DNA from: Octopus vulgaris
Lineage: Eukaryota
Direction of reading: 5' to 3'
DNA length: 64,000 bases
Assembly: GCA_951406725.2 (NCBI GenBank)
Contig: OX597838.1
Location: forward strand, 5,394,001 to 5,458,000
Shown: positions 14,150 through 25,479 of the stretch, piece by piece
How the letters are laid out: each line of letters starts with the position of its first letter
Position numbering within the stretch: the stretch's first letter is position 1
The notes under the pieces: generated by a model
Database searches by the model: none
Told to the model about the DNA's origin: nothing
The model's input: the letters and a program-made list of their open reading frames with translations, nothing else
Position numbers and translations under genes: made by a program

Positions 14150-14260
14150 ACCCTTCACTGAACAATCAGCCAATAGGGAACTCCTTTTTACTTAGTGACT
14201 AATGCAAGCATCTTTGTCGTTATCTGACCACAGGTAACGTTTACACATTCACTAGTTGTC
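14150..14260 (+). promoter_or_regulatory. Promoter of the CCCH zinc-finger gene
   Basis: CCCTTCACTGAACAATCAGCCAATAG (CCAAT at 14170-14174) matches CCCTTCGTTGAAGATTCAGCCAATAG upstream of paralog 2 (~58991-59016). The Inr-like region matches the - strand paralog. Confidence 0.6.
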
Positions 14261-14352
14261 AGTCAGCGTGGGAGAGAGTTTACCCTTGCGGCACACAAAC
14301 TTCATTCCTTCTATAGAGATATATAGAGGTATCCGAGTATTCCACTGTTTCT
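14251..14352 (+). other. Non-coding exon 1 of the CCCH zinc-finger gene (start approximate)
   Basis: Follows the CCAAT promoter, ends at a GTAAGT donor (14353), and is homologous to 482-677 on the - strand. Confidence 0.6.
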
Positions 14353-14888
14353 GTAAGTGCAATGTTTTCCTTCTGTTCTAGATGCTTGAATTTTTTTAAT
14401 AGTAATATTATAGTCAAAAGTTGCGTTTTAGATCCATGTAAGTTTTGTTCATATTTTCCCCAACTTTCAACACGCAGTCGTTTTAATTAGCGTAATATAA
14501 GCAGGATCATCTTCAAATTCCGGCGAGGTCGATTTGCCTTTCATCATTTCGGGGTAGATAAATTAAGTACCAGTTGCGTACTGGGTTCGATCTGATCGAC
14601 TGGCTCCTCCCCCCCCAAAATTCCGGGCCTTGTACCTAGTGAAGAAAAGAATATAAGCTGGATCATGTGATGTTTCGTGACAGTATTAATTTAATAGTTT
14701 ATAGTATACATTAGCGTATCTTTAGCTCTCATTTCTAGCAAGATTTTCAATTCCTTACGCATTTCTACCTTGAATATTTCTGAAATAGACTCATGGAAAC
14801 ATATAAACACACAGTTATACAGACATGCACACGCTACCACACAATCGCGTACACACTTCTAAAACAAAGACAAAATATTCTCAGTGTA

Positions 14889-15196
14889 GGTACTACTAGC
14901 GAACAGTGGTCCCGGTGCGCGCACACACGCAGTCGCGCATCCGCGCTAGCTAGTCATAACTAGTCGATACTAACTTTGTGTTTTTGTTTTATTTACATTC
15001 TTTAAAAAATTATATACTTTGTGTTTTTGTGTTTTATTTACTTTGTTTAACAAAAAATATTTACTCTGTGTAAAAAAATTATTTATTTTGTGTTTTATTT
15101 ACTTTGCTAGGTAGTCGTTGTAGGATCGACTAGTCACGACTAGCTAGCGCGACTGCACGTTTGCGCGCACCGGGTCCCCTGTTCGCTCGTAGTACC
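14889..15196. mobile_element. MITE with long TIRs and a 9-bp TSD (Mutator-like)
   Basis: Starts GGTACTACTAGCGAACAGTGGTCCCGGTGCGCGC and ends GCGCGCACCGGGTCCCCTGTTCGCTCGTAGTACC. Flanks are CTCAGTGTA (14880-14888) and CTCAGTGGA (15197-15205). The interior is AT-rich. Confidence 0.85.
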
Positions 15197-15888
15197 CTCA
15201 GTGGAATATCCTGCATGGATGTATAAAATCATACATGAATTTGTGTATGAACATATCTAAATACATCATTTTCTGGTGAACGGTCTTCGTTTCTCTCCAT
15301 ATATGATGTAATTGTGTATTTATATGCGAAATCTGACTGATAAAAAGCGCACTAAATTCTGTAAAATTGCGAGACAACTTTACGTAGGTAACTCGTATTT
15401 ACAAATATCTAATTCAAGCGCACGTTCACGCCAGAAATATGATCTTAAATAAATTTAGGAAAAGCATGTTGCATATGCGTAGTATATATGCTAAAATTAT
15501 ACACCCATATTTGTGTAAGTCGATTTTAAAATTCTATTTTTCTACCAGTGAGTGGTTTCAGCATTCATAAACTTTCTTCATATGCTTTATGTACTGATAT
15601 ATAAATAAAAACGGATTATCATCTTCGACTACATATCGATTTATCTCAGATGAAGCATATATACGTAGCACAACAACACTATAAACAGGTAGTTTAAAAT
15701 AGATCCCCGTAAACATCGACTTTAAATTTGGAGTAAATTCTCTTTAGATTTTACTTGGGTCTGTGTTGAATAATTTTTAAATACATATTGAAACTCATCG
15801 CTTCGTTTGACGTCCCTATTGTAGAATTGCTGATAGTACTTTTCTACTTTATTCCCAGACGTCCATGACAGGAACAGTATGTATTAAA

Positions 15889-15953
<65 letters not shown>

Positions 15954-16472
15954 GCTTTCCTTCGATATAATTCAACATAATCAAAACACTTCACTTTTGA
16001 TTATACTTCACTTCGGTTGTTTCCGTGAAATCAAAACATTTAACTTCGGCCGTTTCCGTGAAACACATGTTGCTAACTGTAATGAAATGGGAGGAGGAGA
16101 AGAAAGCTCGGTTGTTCATGTGTGTGTGTGTGTTTGTTCCTCTGTGTGTACGTGTTTAACAGAACAAGCACACACAAACAAACAAGAACAAGCACGCACG
16201 CACACACAGACAAGAACAAGCACGCAAACACACATACACACACAAAGAACAAGCACGTACACACAGACAGAGGAACATGCACACACACACACACACAGAG
16301 GAGCAAGCAGGCACGCATGTACAGCCCTTTAGCTCTTTACTCCTCCTCCCATTTTCTGACCGTCGACCACGTGCTTTTCAGCTTTTCATAGAAACAGCCT
16401 TAAGTGAAAAGTCTTGGTTTTATGGAGCCATATCGAAGGAATGCCATACACATATGTAAATATATTTGCGTG

Positions 16473-17300
16473 GGTACAACTAGCGAACAGTGGTCCCGGG
16501 GTGCGCACTCGCGCCAGCTAGTCGTAAGTAGTCGATCCTACGACTTTCGCGTATGCAATGGAATAGATTCGCGCATGCATGTGTGTATTTGAAGGCTGAA
16601 TACCTATCAAAGAAAGTGGGTTGGTACTACTAGCGAACAGTGGTCCTGGTGCGCGCACTCGCGCCAGCTAGTCGTTAGTAGTCGATCCTACGACTTTCGC
16701 GTATGCAAACGAATAGATTCGCGCATGCATGTGTGTATTTCAAGGCTGAATACCTATCAAAGAAAGTGGGTTGGTACTACTAGCGAACAGTGGTCCCGGT
16801 GCGCGCACCCGCGTAGTCGCGCATCCGCGCTGGATAGTCGTGACTAGTCGACCCTACAACGACTACCTAGCAAAGTAAATAAAACACAAAATAAATAATT
16901 TTTATTAAACAAAGTAAATAACACAAAGTAAGGATCGACTGGTCAAGACTAGCTAGTGCGGATGCGCGAGTACGCGCGCGCGCCCGGGGACCACTGTTCG
17001 CTAGTTGTACCAATGGGTTTTTTGTATTTTTCGAATACAGTAAATAAAACGCAAAGTAAATGTTTTTTTTTAAAATTTAACCCTAACCTTACTCTCTCTC
17101 TCTTTTACTCTTTTACTTGTTTCAGTCATTTGACTGCGGCCATGCTGGAGCACCGCCTTTAGTCGAGCAAATCGATCCCGGGACTTATTCTTTGTAAGCC
17201 CAGTACTTATTCTATCGGTCTCTTTTGCCGAACCGCTATGTGACGGGGACGTAAACACACCAGCATCGGTTGTCAAGCAATGCTAGGGGGACAAACACAA

Positions 17301-17363
<63 letters not shown>

Positions 17364-18020
17364 CATATATACGACAGGCTTCTTTCAGTTTCCGTCTACC
17401 AAATCCACTCACAAAGCATTGGTCGGCCCGGGGCTATAGCAGAAGACACTTGCCCAAGATGCCACGCAGTGGGACTGAACCCGGAACCATGTGGTTGGTT
17501 AGCAAGCTGCTTACCACACAGCCACTCCAGCGCCTATATTAGTTTGTTTATAAAAAAATTTTAATTACTTAGTTTAAAAAATTATTTACTTTGTTCGAAA
17601 AATATTTAATTTCTGTAAAAAAATTAAATACATTGTTTTAAAAATGCTTTACTTTGCGTTTTATTTACTTTGTTCGAAAAATATTTAATTCGTTGATCCT
17701 ACAAGTCGTAGGATCGACTACTTACGACTAGCTACTGCGGATGCGTGAGTGCGCGCACCGGGACCACTGTTCGCTAGTAGTACCGTGTGTGTGTATTTCT
17801 GTCTAGAATACGATTATGTTATTATTGAAGTGTTTCCTTGATATGTACCTACATGAATTCGGTACTATTTGAGAAGATTGGTCCCGGTGCGCGTACTCGC
17901 GCATCCGCGCTAGCTAGGGGTGACTAGTCGATACTACAACGACTATATGGCGCGCGTGCACGTTTGCAAATTAATAGATGTTGTTTGGTACTACTAGCGA
18001 ACAGTGGTCCCGGTGCACGC
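16473..18020. mobile_element. Cluster of the same MITE: tandem half-elements (~16473, ~16623), a full copy (~16773-17011), a right TIR (~17700-17784) and fragments (~17880, ~17987)
   Basis: Repeated GGTAC(T/A)ACTAGCGAACAGTGGTCC and its reverse complement. Confidence 0.8.
17104..17534 (-). mobile_element. Family A SINE, full length
   Basis: Close match to the family consensus on the - strand. Confidence 0.9.
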
Positions 18021-18084
18021 ATTACAAAGCATTTCCTACAATGTCCTGATATATCCATGCGATCTCTATTTCTTTTGCCTTTAC

Positions 18085-18240
18085 CTTCTGAGTTCAAATT
18101 CCGCCGAGGTCGACTTTGCCTTTCATCCTTTCGTGGTCGATAAATAAGGTACCAGTTACGCACTGGTGTTGATCTAATCGGCTTAATCACTTGGTCTGTC
18201 CTTGTTTGTCCCCTCTATGTGTATCCCCTTGTGGGGCTAC
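18085..18240 (+). mobile_element. SINE fragment with a conserved Meta/Nin-like central domain (similar copies at ~14510, ~19455, ~39845, ~44225, ~61520)
   Basis: GAGTTCAAATTCC B-box followed by GAGGTCGACTTTGCCTTTCATCCTTTCG.GGTCGATAAAT.AG.TACCAGTT. The superfamily assignment is from recall. Confidence 0.7.
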
Positions 18241-18764
18241 ACATAGAGGGGACACGTTTTGAGTAATATTTTAAAATAAATATCTCTACTTATTTATTGA
18301 TTTATTTATCTATACACTTTTGCATATACATTCACCCCTCAATCAAGCAAATTAAGTGCATCTTCCTCAAATTGACGCATATGTGTCCTCATCTTTCCCT
18401 TATGCAAGAAATCTGTGTATTTTTAAATCTCATCGGCTGTTTGTATCGCGTATGTATCCCTCTCTCTCTGACAAAAAATTGTCAACACCTGGTGTTGATG
18501 TACTTAACGGAAGATGAAATGAGTCAAGGGACGCAATTCACATATCTGAAAATAAAATGTTGTTTGATAAATTCATCTGCGGTCACTGAAATTCTATCGC
18601 GATTTTGTCCAAATGTGTTGCAACAACCCCAGACGTATTTATTAGAATTTCACTAAATTCATTTAACATATCAGTGGATTCTACCATAAATTCTTTGATT
18701 TTAAAATATTGTATTTCAGACAAGCATTTGAAGTTATTTCTCTAAAAGCAGCGAAGAGAAAGAA

Positions 18765-18851
18765 ATGGAAAGTCAAGGAGCAACAGGATTTCTCTACGAT
18801 TGTCAATACTATCAATTGTACTTTGATGAGCAGGCTCTGCTTCAGTCAGTG
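18765..18851 (+). CDS. CCCH zinc-finger gene, first coding exon (exon starts at 18720): MESQGATGFLYDCQYYQLYFDEQALLQSV
   Basis: Acceptor TATTTCAG|18720, ATG at 18765 in AGAAATGG context, phase-0 donor GTG|GTAAGT at 18852. Confidence 0.8.
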
Positions 18852-19125
18852 GTAAGTTTTATTGAATACTAATATACACGCATACACACAAAGGGATGAA
18901 GACACATGAACTACGTTAATAAGGGGGGGGGGTCTACATTCGGGTAATTAATTAATTTGAGATAAATGAATAACTTGACTTAAAAGTTCCCATGTTTTAC
19001 TCTGTATTTTCCAGTTCAAATATTATTCGTTATAGCCACAATACAAAAACACATTTTCATATAAATTTTATTAAAATTTCTATTTCGTATATTACATTGA
19101 AAATATGTATTTTATGCCATTACAG

Positions 19126-19162
19126 TTACCAGAAGCAGGTGTAAAATATGCTGTTTTCGAAG
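19126..19162 (+). CDS. CCCH zinc-finger gene, 37-nt micro-exon: LPEAGVKYAVFE+g
   Basis: CATTACAG| acceptor and AAG|GTGAGT donor. Phase 0 to 1 joins the flanking exons in frame, and paralog 2 has an exon of the same length. Confidence 0.8.
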
Positions 19163-19706
19163 GTGAGTAGTATTTCAGTCATATTACAATTCAACATATT
19201 TACTTAGAACTCTTTACAATCAATACTTAAACCCATTTAGCTACTATCTTCCTGAATGAATTTGGTGTTTGTGCAGAGGATAAAATAATAGACGAATAAT
19301 GTGAATGTTAAGTGAAGCATATTTGCACATTTATCTCTTCTTCTACTCCTCCTCTCCCCTCCTCCTCCTCTTCCATCTCTTCTTCTTCTTCTTCTTGGTA
19401 GTATTTTTTGGCACGCTATGAGAATTGATTAGTGTTATTTCACTCGTCGCAACGTTCTGAGTTCAAATTCGGCAAAGGTCGAGTTTGCATTTTCTCCTTT
19501 TGATGTCGATAAGATAAGTACCAGTTTCGTACTGGGGTCGATGTAATTGAATATAGCCCCACCCCAATTATTAATCTTTATGCCTATATTTAAAGGAATT
19601 ATTATTATTGTTGTTGTTAAGATAAATATTATTAATTTTGAATAATAATAAAATATCGTATGATTTTAGCTATTCTTACCAAAAACCTCTTTCGATTTTT
19701 CAATAG

Positions 19707-21744
19707 CATCGAACATCTATTACTCCCAACAATATTTTAGTAATGGTAGAAGTACCAATTCAAGTAATGGGAAGAAATATGCCTACCAAAATCGTCCATT
19801 GAACCTAAAATATCACCCATTGAAGGATACGCATGAATACGCTTTATTTTGTAAAGATTGTTTTCCCATACATGCAAATAAAACTTTCCAGTGTCACCGA
19901 TGCCAACGCAATATTCTTGCATTTGTTGAGAAAGGTACCCCATATTGGAATCGTGTGCGTGAATATACAAACCAAAATGGTACTACTAAAATTCCAGAGC
20001 CTTGTAGAAATATATGCTACGATGAGCCGGGTTCATATCACGAAAACGAAGAAAGATGCATATTTGCACACAATCCACTCGAGATTAAACTTTGGCGGCA
20101 AGAAATCAAAGGAAAATTCAACGTTCAATATTTTATCGAATATCAACAGAAAACTAGGTGTGACATCAATTATATTATTTCTACTTATGGACAGATGTAT
20201 GAATTTATTTGTAAAACCTGTTCAGAGAGAGGAGAAACCTGTAAAGAAAGTTCGGACAATCCTTATCATTGCGCTGGTTCCGTTGCACATTATTGGGAAG
20301 GATCGAAAATATTACAATGCTTCACCCGATTAGGAATATTTAAAATTAGGAAGCCCTTCACTGTAAGAAAGGACGCATTTTACTTAATTTGTGATTCAGC
20401 TGCTTTCTGTAACAACAGCCGTTGTACTTATGCTCACAGTCGAGTGGAAAGAGATATCTGGCGATTAGAACGTGATCAGGGATTTACGCAAGAAAGATTG
20501 GTGGAATTTTCTAATGCTCTGCAATTCAGGGAACCATCAAATTACAATGATCAGCCGGCCATGTTTTATATAGGGTTGTATAACAATTGTGATAATGCTG
20601 GCAGAGAGGGAAACCTTATTTCCAGCTTTGTGAAAGAGTCTGCATTATGTTTTAACAATGGGAAAAACGAGAAATTAACATTAAACAACGTCAGACTGCA
20701 TGGTAAAATGTCAAAAAATGGTAAATCATTGGCGTCGAATTTTGATGATGCATCGTCCAAGAGAGCAATGATTCTCTCATCCGAGAGTCTGGTTGATGAA
20801 ACATTATCATCGTTAGGAAAGAATGGAAGAAAGGTAACAAAAACGTCGCATCGGGTAAAACTTTTCCGAAGATCACATTATCCCGAGGAAGAAGGAGCGT
20901 TTAGGAATGAAGTGAATACAGGCAAAAATGAGACATCTCAATCGCTTGCTGCGAAGTCTTCATCAGTATGCAATGGGAATTATGATGTGTGCATCGAAGC
21001 GAATGGAATCCCAAGAACTGTAACTTTACTCCGAAGACCAACTGGTGCAGAAAATAGTGAAAACTCTGTTGATTTTAAGATTTCGAATAACACATTTGCT
21101 GCATCAGCACTTCAGGCACCCTCTTCTGCTGAAAATGGAGCGGTTGACCCGAATTCGTTTGTTATTCATGAGGGACCTCGTATTTCGAACCCATATAGAA
21201 GATCATTCTCAGACCCTGAAAATAATGGAAATTTGCTGGAACATAAGACTGCAAAATACCGAATAGATACTTCAGATTCGATTCCAAATGGATATTCTTG
21301 CGTAGAGAATAGAGCAATTGATAATGAGTGTCTAAGTTCTTGTAACCCGTGGCCTGGCGTAGAACTGTTACAAAATCCATCGAAGGAGAATAACGATAAC
21401 AAGAACAATGATTCATGTATGGTTGATAATGAAGCATTCCTTAATATACATACACATCAGCAGGAGCCTACTGTTCAAGAAAATGATGATTTTGATGATG
21501 GAGAAAATATTGTTCGTGATATATTTCATTATGTACTTTTGGGAGAAAATTCAACACATTATGTCAACGCTATAAAAAGTATAATAGACAGAGCTGATGA
21601 AATTATTACTCCTGATGAATATGAAAACTTATCATCTCTCGGTGGAGAGGAATACAGTAATGATGAAGAATGTGTTTATTACAAGGAAGAGTCGTCAGCT
21701 TCCTCTACTTCGGAAGACCTGGGCAGTGATAGCTCGCAGGAAAG
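19707..21744 (+). CDS. Main exon of a ZC3H7/RoXaN-like CCCH zinc-finger protein (two Cys-rich + CCCH repeats, then a long N/S/D/E-rich tail)
   Basis: 649-codon ORF extended upstream to the acceptor TTTTTCAATAG|19707, in frame with the micro-exon; donor AAG|GTAAGT at 21745. Motifs HPLKDTHE..FCKDCF, HRCQRNIL, WNRVR, CIFAHNPLEIKLW, YEFICKTC, KIR and CDSAAFCNNSRCTYAHSRVERDIW are collinear with the central zinc-finger region of ZC3H7A/B as I recall it. Confidence 0.88.
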
Positions 21745-22041
21745 GTAAGTAAAATTTCAGTCTAAACATGTTTGGGGTTAACTAATGAAATTGATAGTAG
21801 TATATTCCTTGTGGGATTTGTATTCAATATAGCTTCGATACCCATTTACATGAGTGACTTGCACATTCATAATACTGTCTAATTATAATAAAGAATAAGC
21901 CAAATTAAAAGGCATCATAATATCATTCACATATACCAACTAAGGAATTCGTTTTGTGAATAATAGTTTATGTTTGAAAATTGCTTAGCATATGTAACTG
22001 CAGCATGTTTAATATTCTTTCTTCGTTCTCTCCATTAACAG

Positions 22042-22054
22042 CTCAAGCGATTGA
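22042..22054 (+). CDS. Probable terminal coding exon (S-S-S-D-stop), giving a 724-aa protein
   Basis: Strong polypyrimidine acceptor TTCTTTCTTCGTTCTCTCCATTAACAG|. The phase-2 join reads AG+C TCA AGC GAT TGA. Confidence 0.65.
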
Positions 22055-22339
22055 GGACACCCCTGCACCAGGATGTGAATTACAAATCGAAAGTATACTG
22101 TATGCATACTCTATACGAAAGAAGACCTTTAATTATGTATCAGTATATCTATCTGTCTGACAGCCTAACTGTGTTATCTCTCTCTCTGTCTGATTCTCCA
22201 TCTGACTATCTTTGTCTATATGTATATCTGTATGCCTGTCTGTCTATCTATGTTTGTGTCTATGTCTCTCTATCTTTGTATCTGTCTGTCTGTTGGTCTA
22301 TATCTATCTATATATGTCTATCTGTCTTCTATCTATATA

Positions 22340-22372
22340 TGTATGATGTATGTAATATGATATATATATGTA

Positions 22373-22413
<41 letters not shown>

Positions 22414-22456
22414 TGTATGATATATATATATACACATGTATGATATATATATACAC

Positions 22457-22509
<53 letters not shown>

Positions 22510-22684
22510 ATATATATATATACACATGTATGATATATATATATATATACATGTATGATATATATATATATATACATGTATGATATATATATATATATAC
22601 ACATGTATGATATATATATATATATATACACACATGTATGATATATATGTATGATATATATATATATATATATATACACATGTA

Positions 22685-22757
<73 letters not shown>

Positions 22758-22950
22758 GTATGATATATATATATATTTATATACACATGTATGATATATA
22801 TATATATTTATATATACATGTATGATATATATATATATTTATATATACATGTATGATATATATATATATTTATATATACATGTATGATATATATATACAT
22901 ATATATATATGTATCATATATATATTTATATATATCTATATATATATGTA

Positions 22951-22994
<44 letters not shown>

Positions 22995-23677
22995 ACAACG
23001 ACGATGATAATGGCTGAGTGCCCTGCGAATATTTTAAGTGCCTCTGTTTCACAGCAATATATACACCTATATACATCCATGTACAAGGTATCTCCTTCAA
23101 TGCCCAATGTCGTATTTACGTTATAGTAATAATTACATTAGTTTCGAATTTTCTGAATCTCAGCCAAATACGACACCTGAAACAACCTGTTGCCCTATAT
23201 GGCAAGTTTCCTAATAAAAATGATGTCTTCCTTTTTTAGAATAATTTTCCCCTGGTATTTTCACCTACAATATGTTTACTTCATGTGGAAACATTTTCAT
23301 TTGCTATGTTTCTGCGATATATTTTCATATATTCTTATTAATTTTCGGAAATGTTTGTCTTTTGTATACGTCTTGTCTTAAAAATAAATTTCTTCAGAAA
23401 ACTCCATGGATCATGTGTGTTGTTCTTCTGCTTTCTATTCTGACATGTCTTTAGATTTTTCGATTTAATTTCTTACTATATATATATACATATATATACA
23501 TACATACATATATATATGTATACATATATATATGTATGTATGTATATATATGTATATATGTATATATATATTATGTATATATATGTATATATATATATGT
23601 ATATATATGTATATATGTATATATATATATGTATATATATGTATATATGTATATATATATATATATGTATATATATG

Positions 23678-23709
<32 letters not shown>

Positions 23710-23968
23710 GTATATATATGTATATATATATATATATTATATATATATGTATATATATGTATGTATATATATATATGTGTATATATGTGTATATATATAT
23801 ATATGTGTATATATATATGTGTGTATATATATATGTGTGTATATATATATGTGTATATATATATATGTGTATATATATATATGTATATATGTGTATATAT
23901 ATATATGTGTATATGTGTATATATATATATATGTATATATTATATATTGTATATGTATATGTTATATA

Positions 23969-24010
<42 letters not shown>

Positions 24011-24041
24011 ATATATATATGTATATATATGTATATGTATA

Positions 24042-24088
<47 letters not shown>

Positions 24089-24095
24089 TATATGT

Positions 24096-24163
<68 letters not shown>

Positions 24164-24218
24164 GTGTATATATTATATGTATATATGTATATATATATTG
24201 TATGTATATATATATATG

Positions 24219-24249
<31 letters not shown>

Positions 24250-24810
24250 ATATATGTATATGTATATACATATATATGTGTATATGTATATGTGTATATA
24301 TATATATATGTGTGTATATATATATGTGTGTATATATATATGTATATATATATGTGTATATATATGTGTGTATATATATATGTATATATATGTGTGTATA
24401 TATATATGTATATATAAATATATATATATGTGTATATATATGTGTGTGTATATATATATGTGTGTATATATATGTGTGTATGTATATATATGTGTATGTA
24501 TATATGTGTATATATATATATGTATATATATGTGTGTATATATATATACGTATATATATATACGTATATATATGTGTATATATATATATGTATATATATA
24601 TATGTGTATATATATATATATACGTATATATATGTGTATATATATATATGTATACATCTATATGTGTATATATATATATACGTATATATATGTGTATATA
24701 TATATATGTATACATCTATATGTGTATATATATATATACGTATATATATGTGTATATATATATATATGTATACATCTATATGTGTATATATATATATGTA
24801 TACGTCTATA
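22340..24810. repeat. Two long compound (TA)n microsatellite fields (~22340-22990 with CATGTATGA spacers; ~23480-24810 TA/TG)
   Basis: Direct reading; they generate the YIYI ORFs in the track. Confidence 0.95.
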
Positions 24811-24911
24811 TATAACGGGAAGCTTTATGAAAATAAACAAAAGACAAAGGCAGGTGGAGTACAAACAAACAATTGTATTAGTATGGCGCTCAGGAATATG
24901 AATAAAACAAG

Positions 24912-24949
24912 TCTTTTACGTTTCGAGCCTACGCTTTTCAACAGAAAGA
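24912..24949 (-). ncRNA. Minimal type I hammerhead-like motif in the 3' pLTR (core variant CUGUUGA)
   Basis: - strand: UCUUU CUGUUGA A AAGC GUAG GCUC GAAACGUA AAAGA. Stem I is UCUUU/AAAGA, stem III is palindromic ACGU, and stem II has one mismatch. Confidence 0.6.
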
Positions 24950-25479
24950 TACACAGAAAAGAAACAAGGAGAGAAAAAATGCTAGCGAATCAACATGGTG
25001 ATCTGATTTCGGCCAGAAGTCAAACATCAAACGTGAGACGCAAGAGCGAAATTAGGGGAGATAACAGGGTTAAATGACCTCCCCCTAACATAAGAGTGTG
25101 TGTGTGTGTATGAGAGAGTATGTAGTGCGTATGAGAGGTCTGGACGTGTGTATGTATATATGATGTGATTTGTAAAGTCGTATGGTGTAGTGTAGAGAGA
25201 GGGGGAGAGGGGAGACGGAGGGTGATGTGTAAAGTCATATGGTGTAGTGTAGAGAGAAGAGATGGGGTAAGGGGGAGAGAGGAAGAGGGAAAATGGGGGA
25301 AAAGGAAAGAGGAGGCATAAGGTGAGAGGGGGAGAAGGAAATAAGGAGTGGTGGTGAGGTTGGAGGGGGAGATGAGATGAGGGGGGGTGGGGGAGAAGGT
25401 AAGAGGAGGGAGGAGAAGGGGGAGTGAGGGAGCAGAGGGAAAGGGGGTAGGGGTGAAAGGATGAAGGACTGAAGAGAAG

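Noticed and set aside
17270-17564. Recurrent ORFs such as YDRLLSVSVYQIHSQGIGRPGAIAEDTCPRCHAVGLNPEPCGW
   Set aside because: Antisense translations of the family A SINE, not a protein family.
19833-21437. Overlapping alternative-frame and antisense ORFs within the main exon
   Set aside because: Short shadow ORFs of the real coding frame with no recognisable motifs.
22304-24901. Long ORFs of 140-461 aa rich in Y/I/M/C/V
   Set aside because: Translations of (TA)n/(TG)n microsatellites, open in many frames on both strands. The same applies to the other YIYI/HTHT/CVCV ORFs in the window.
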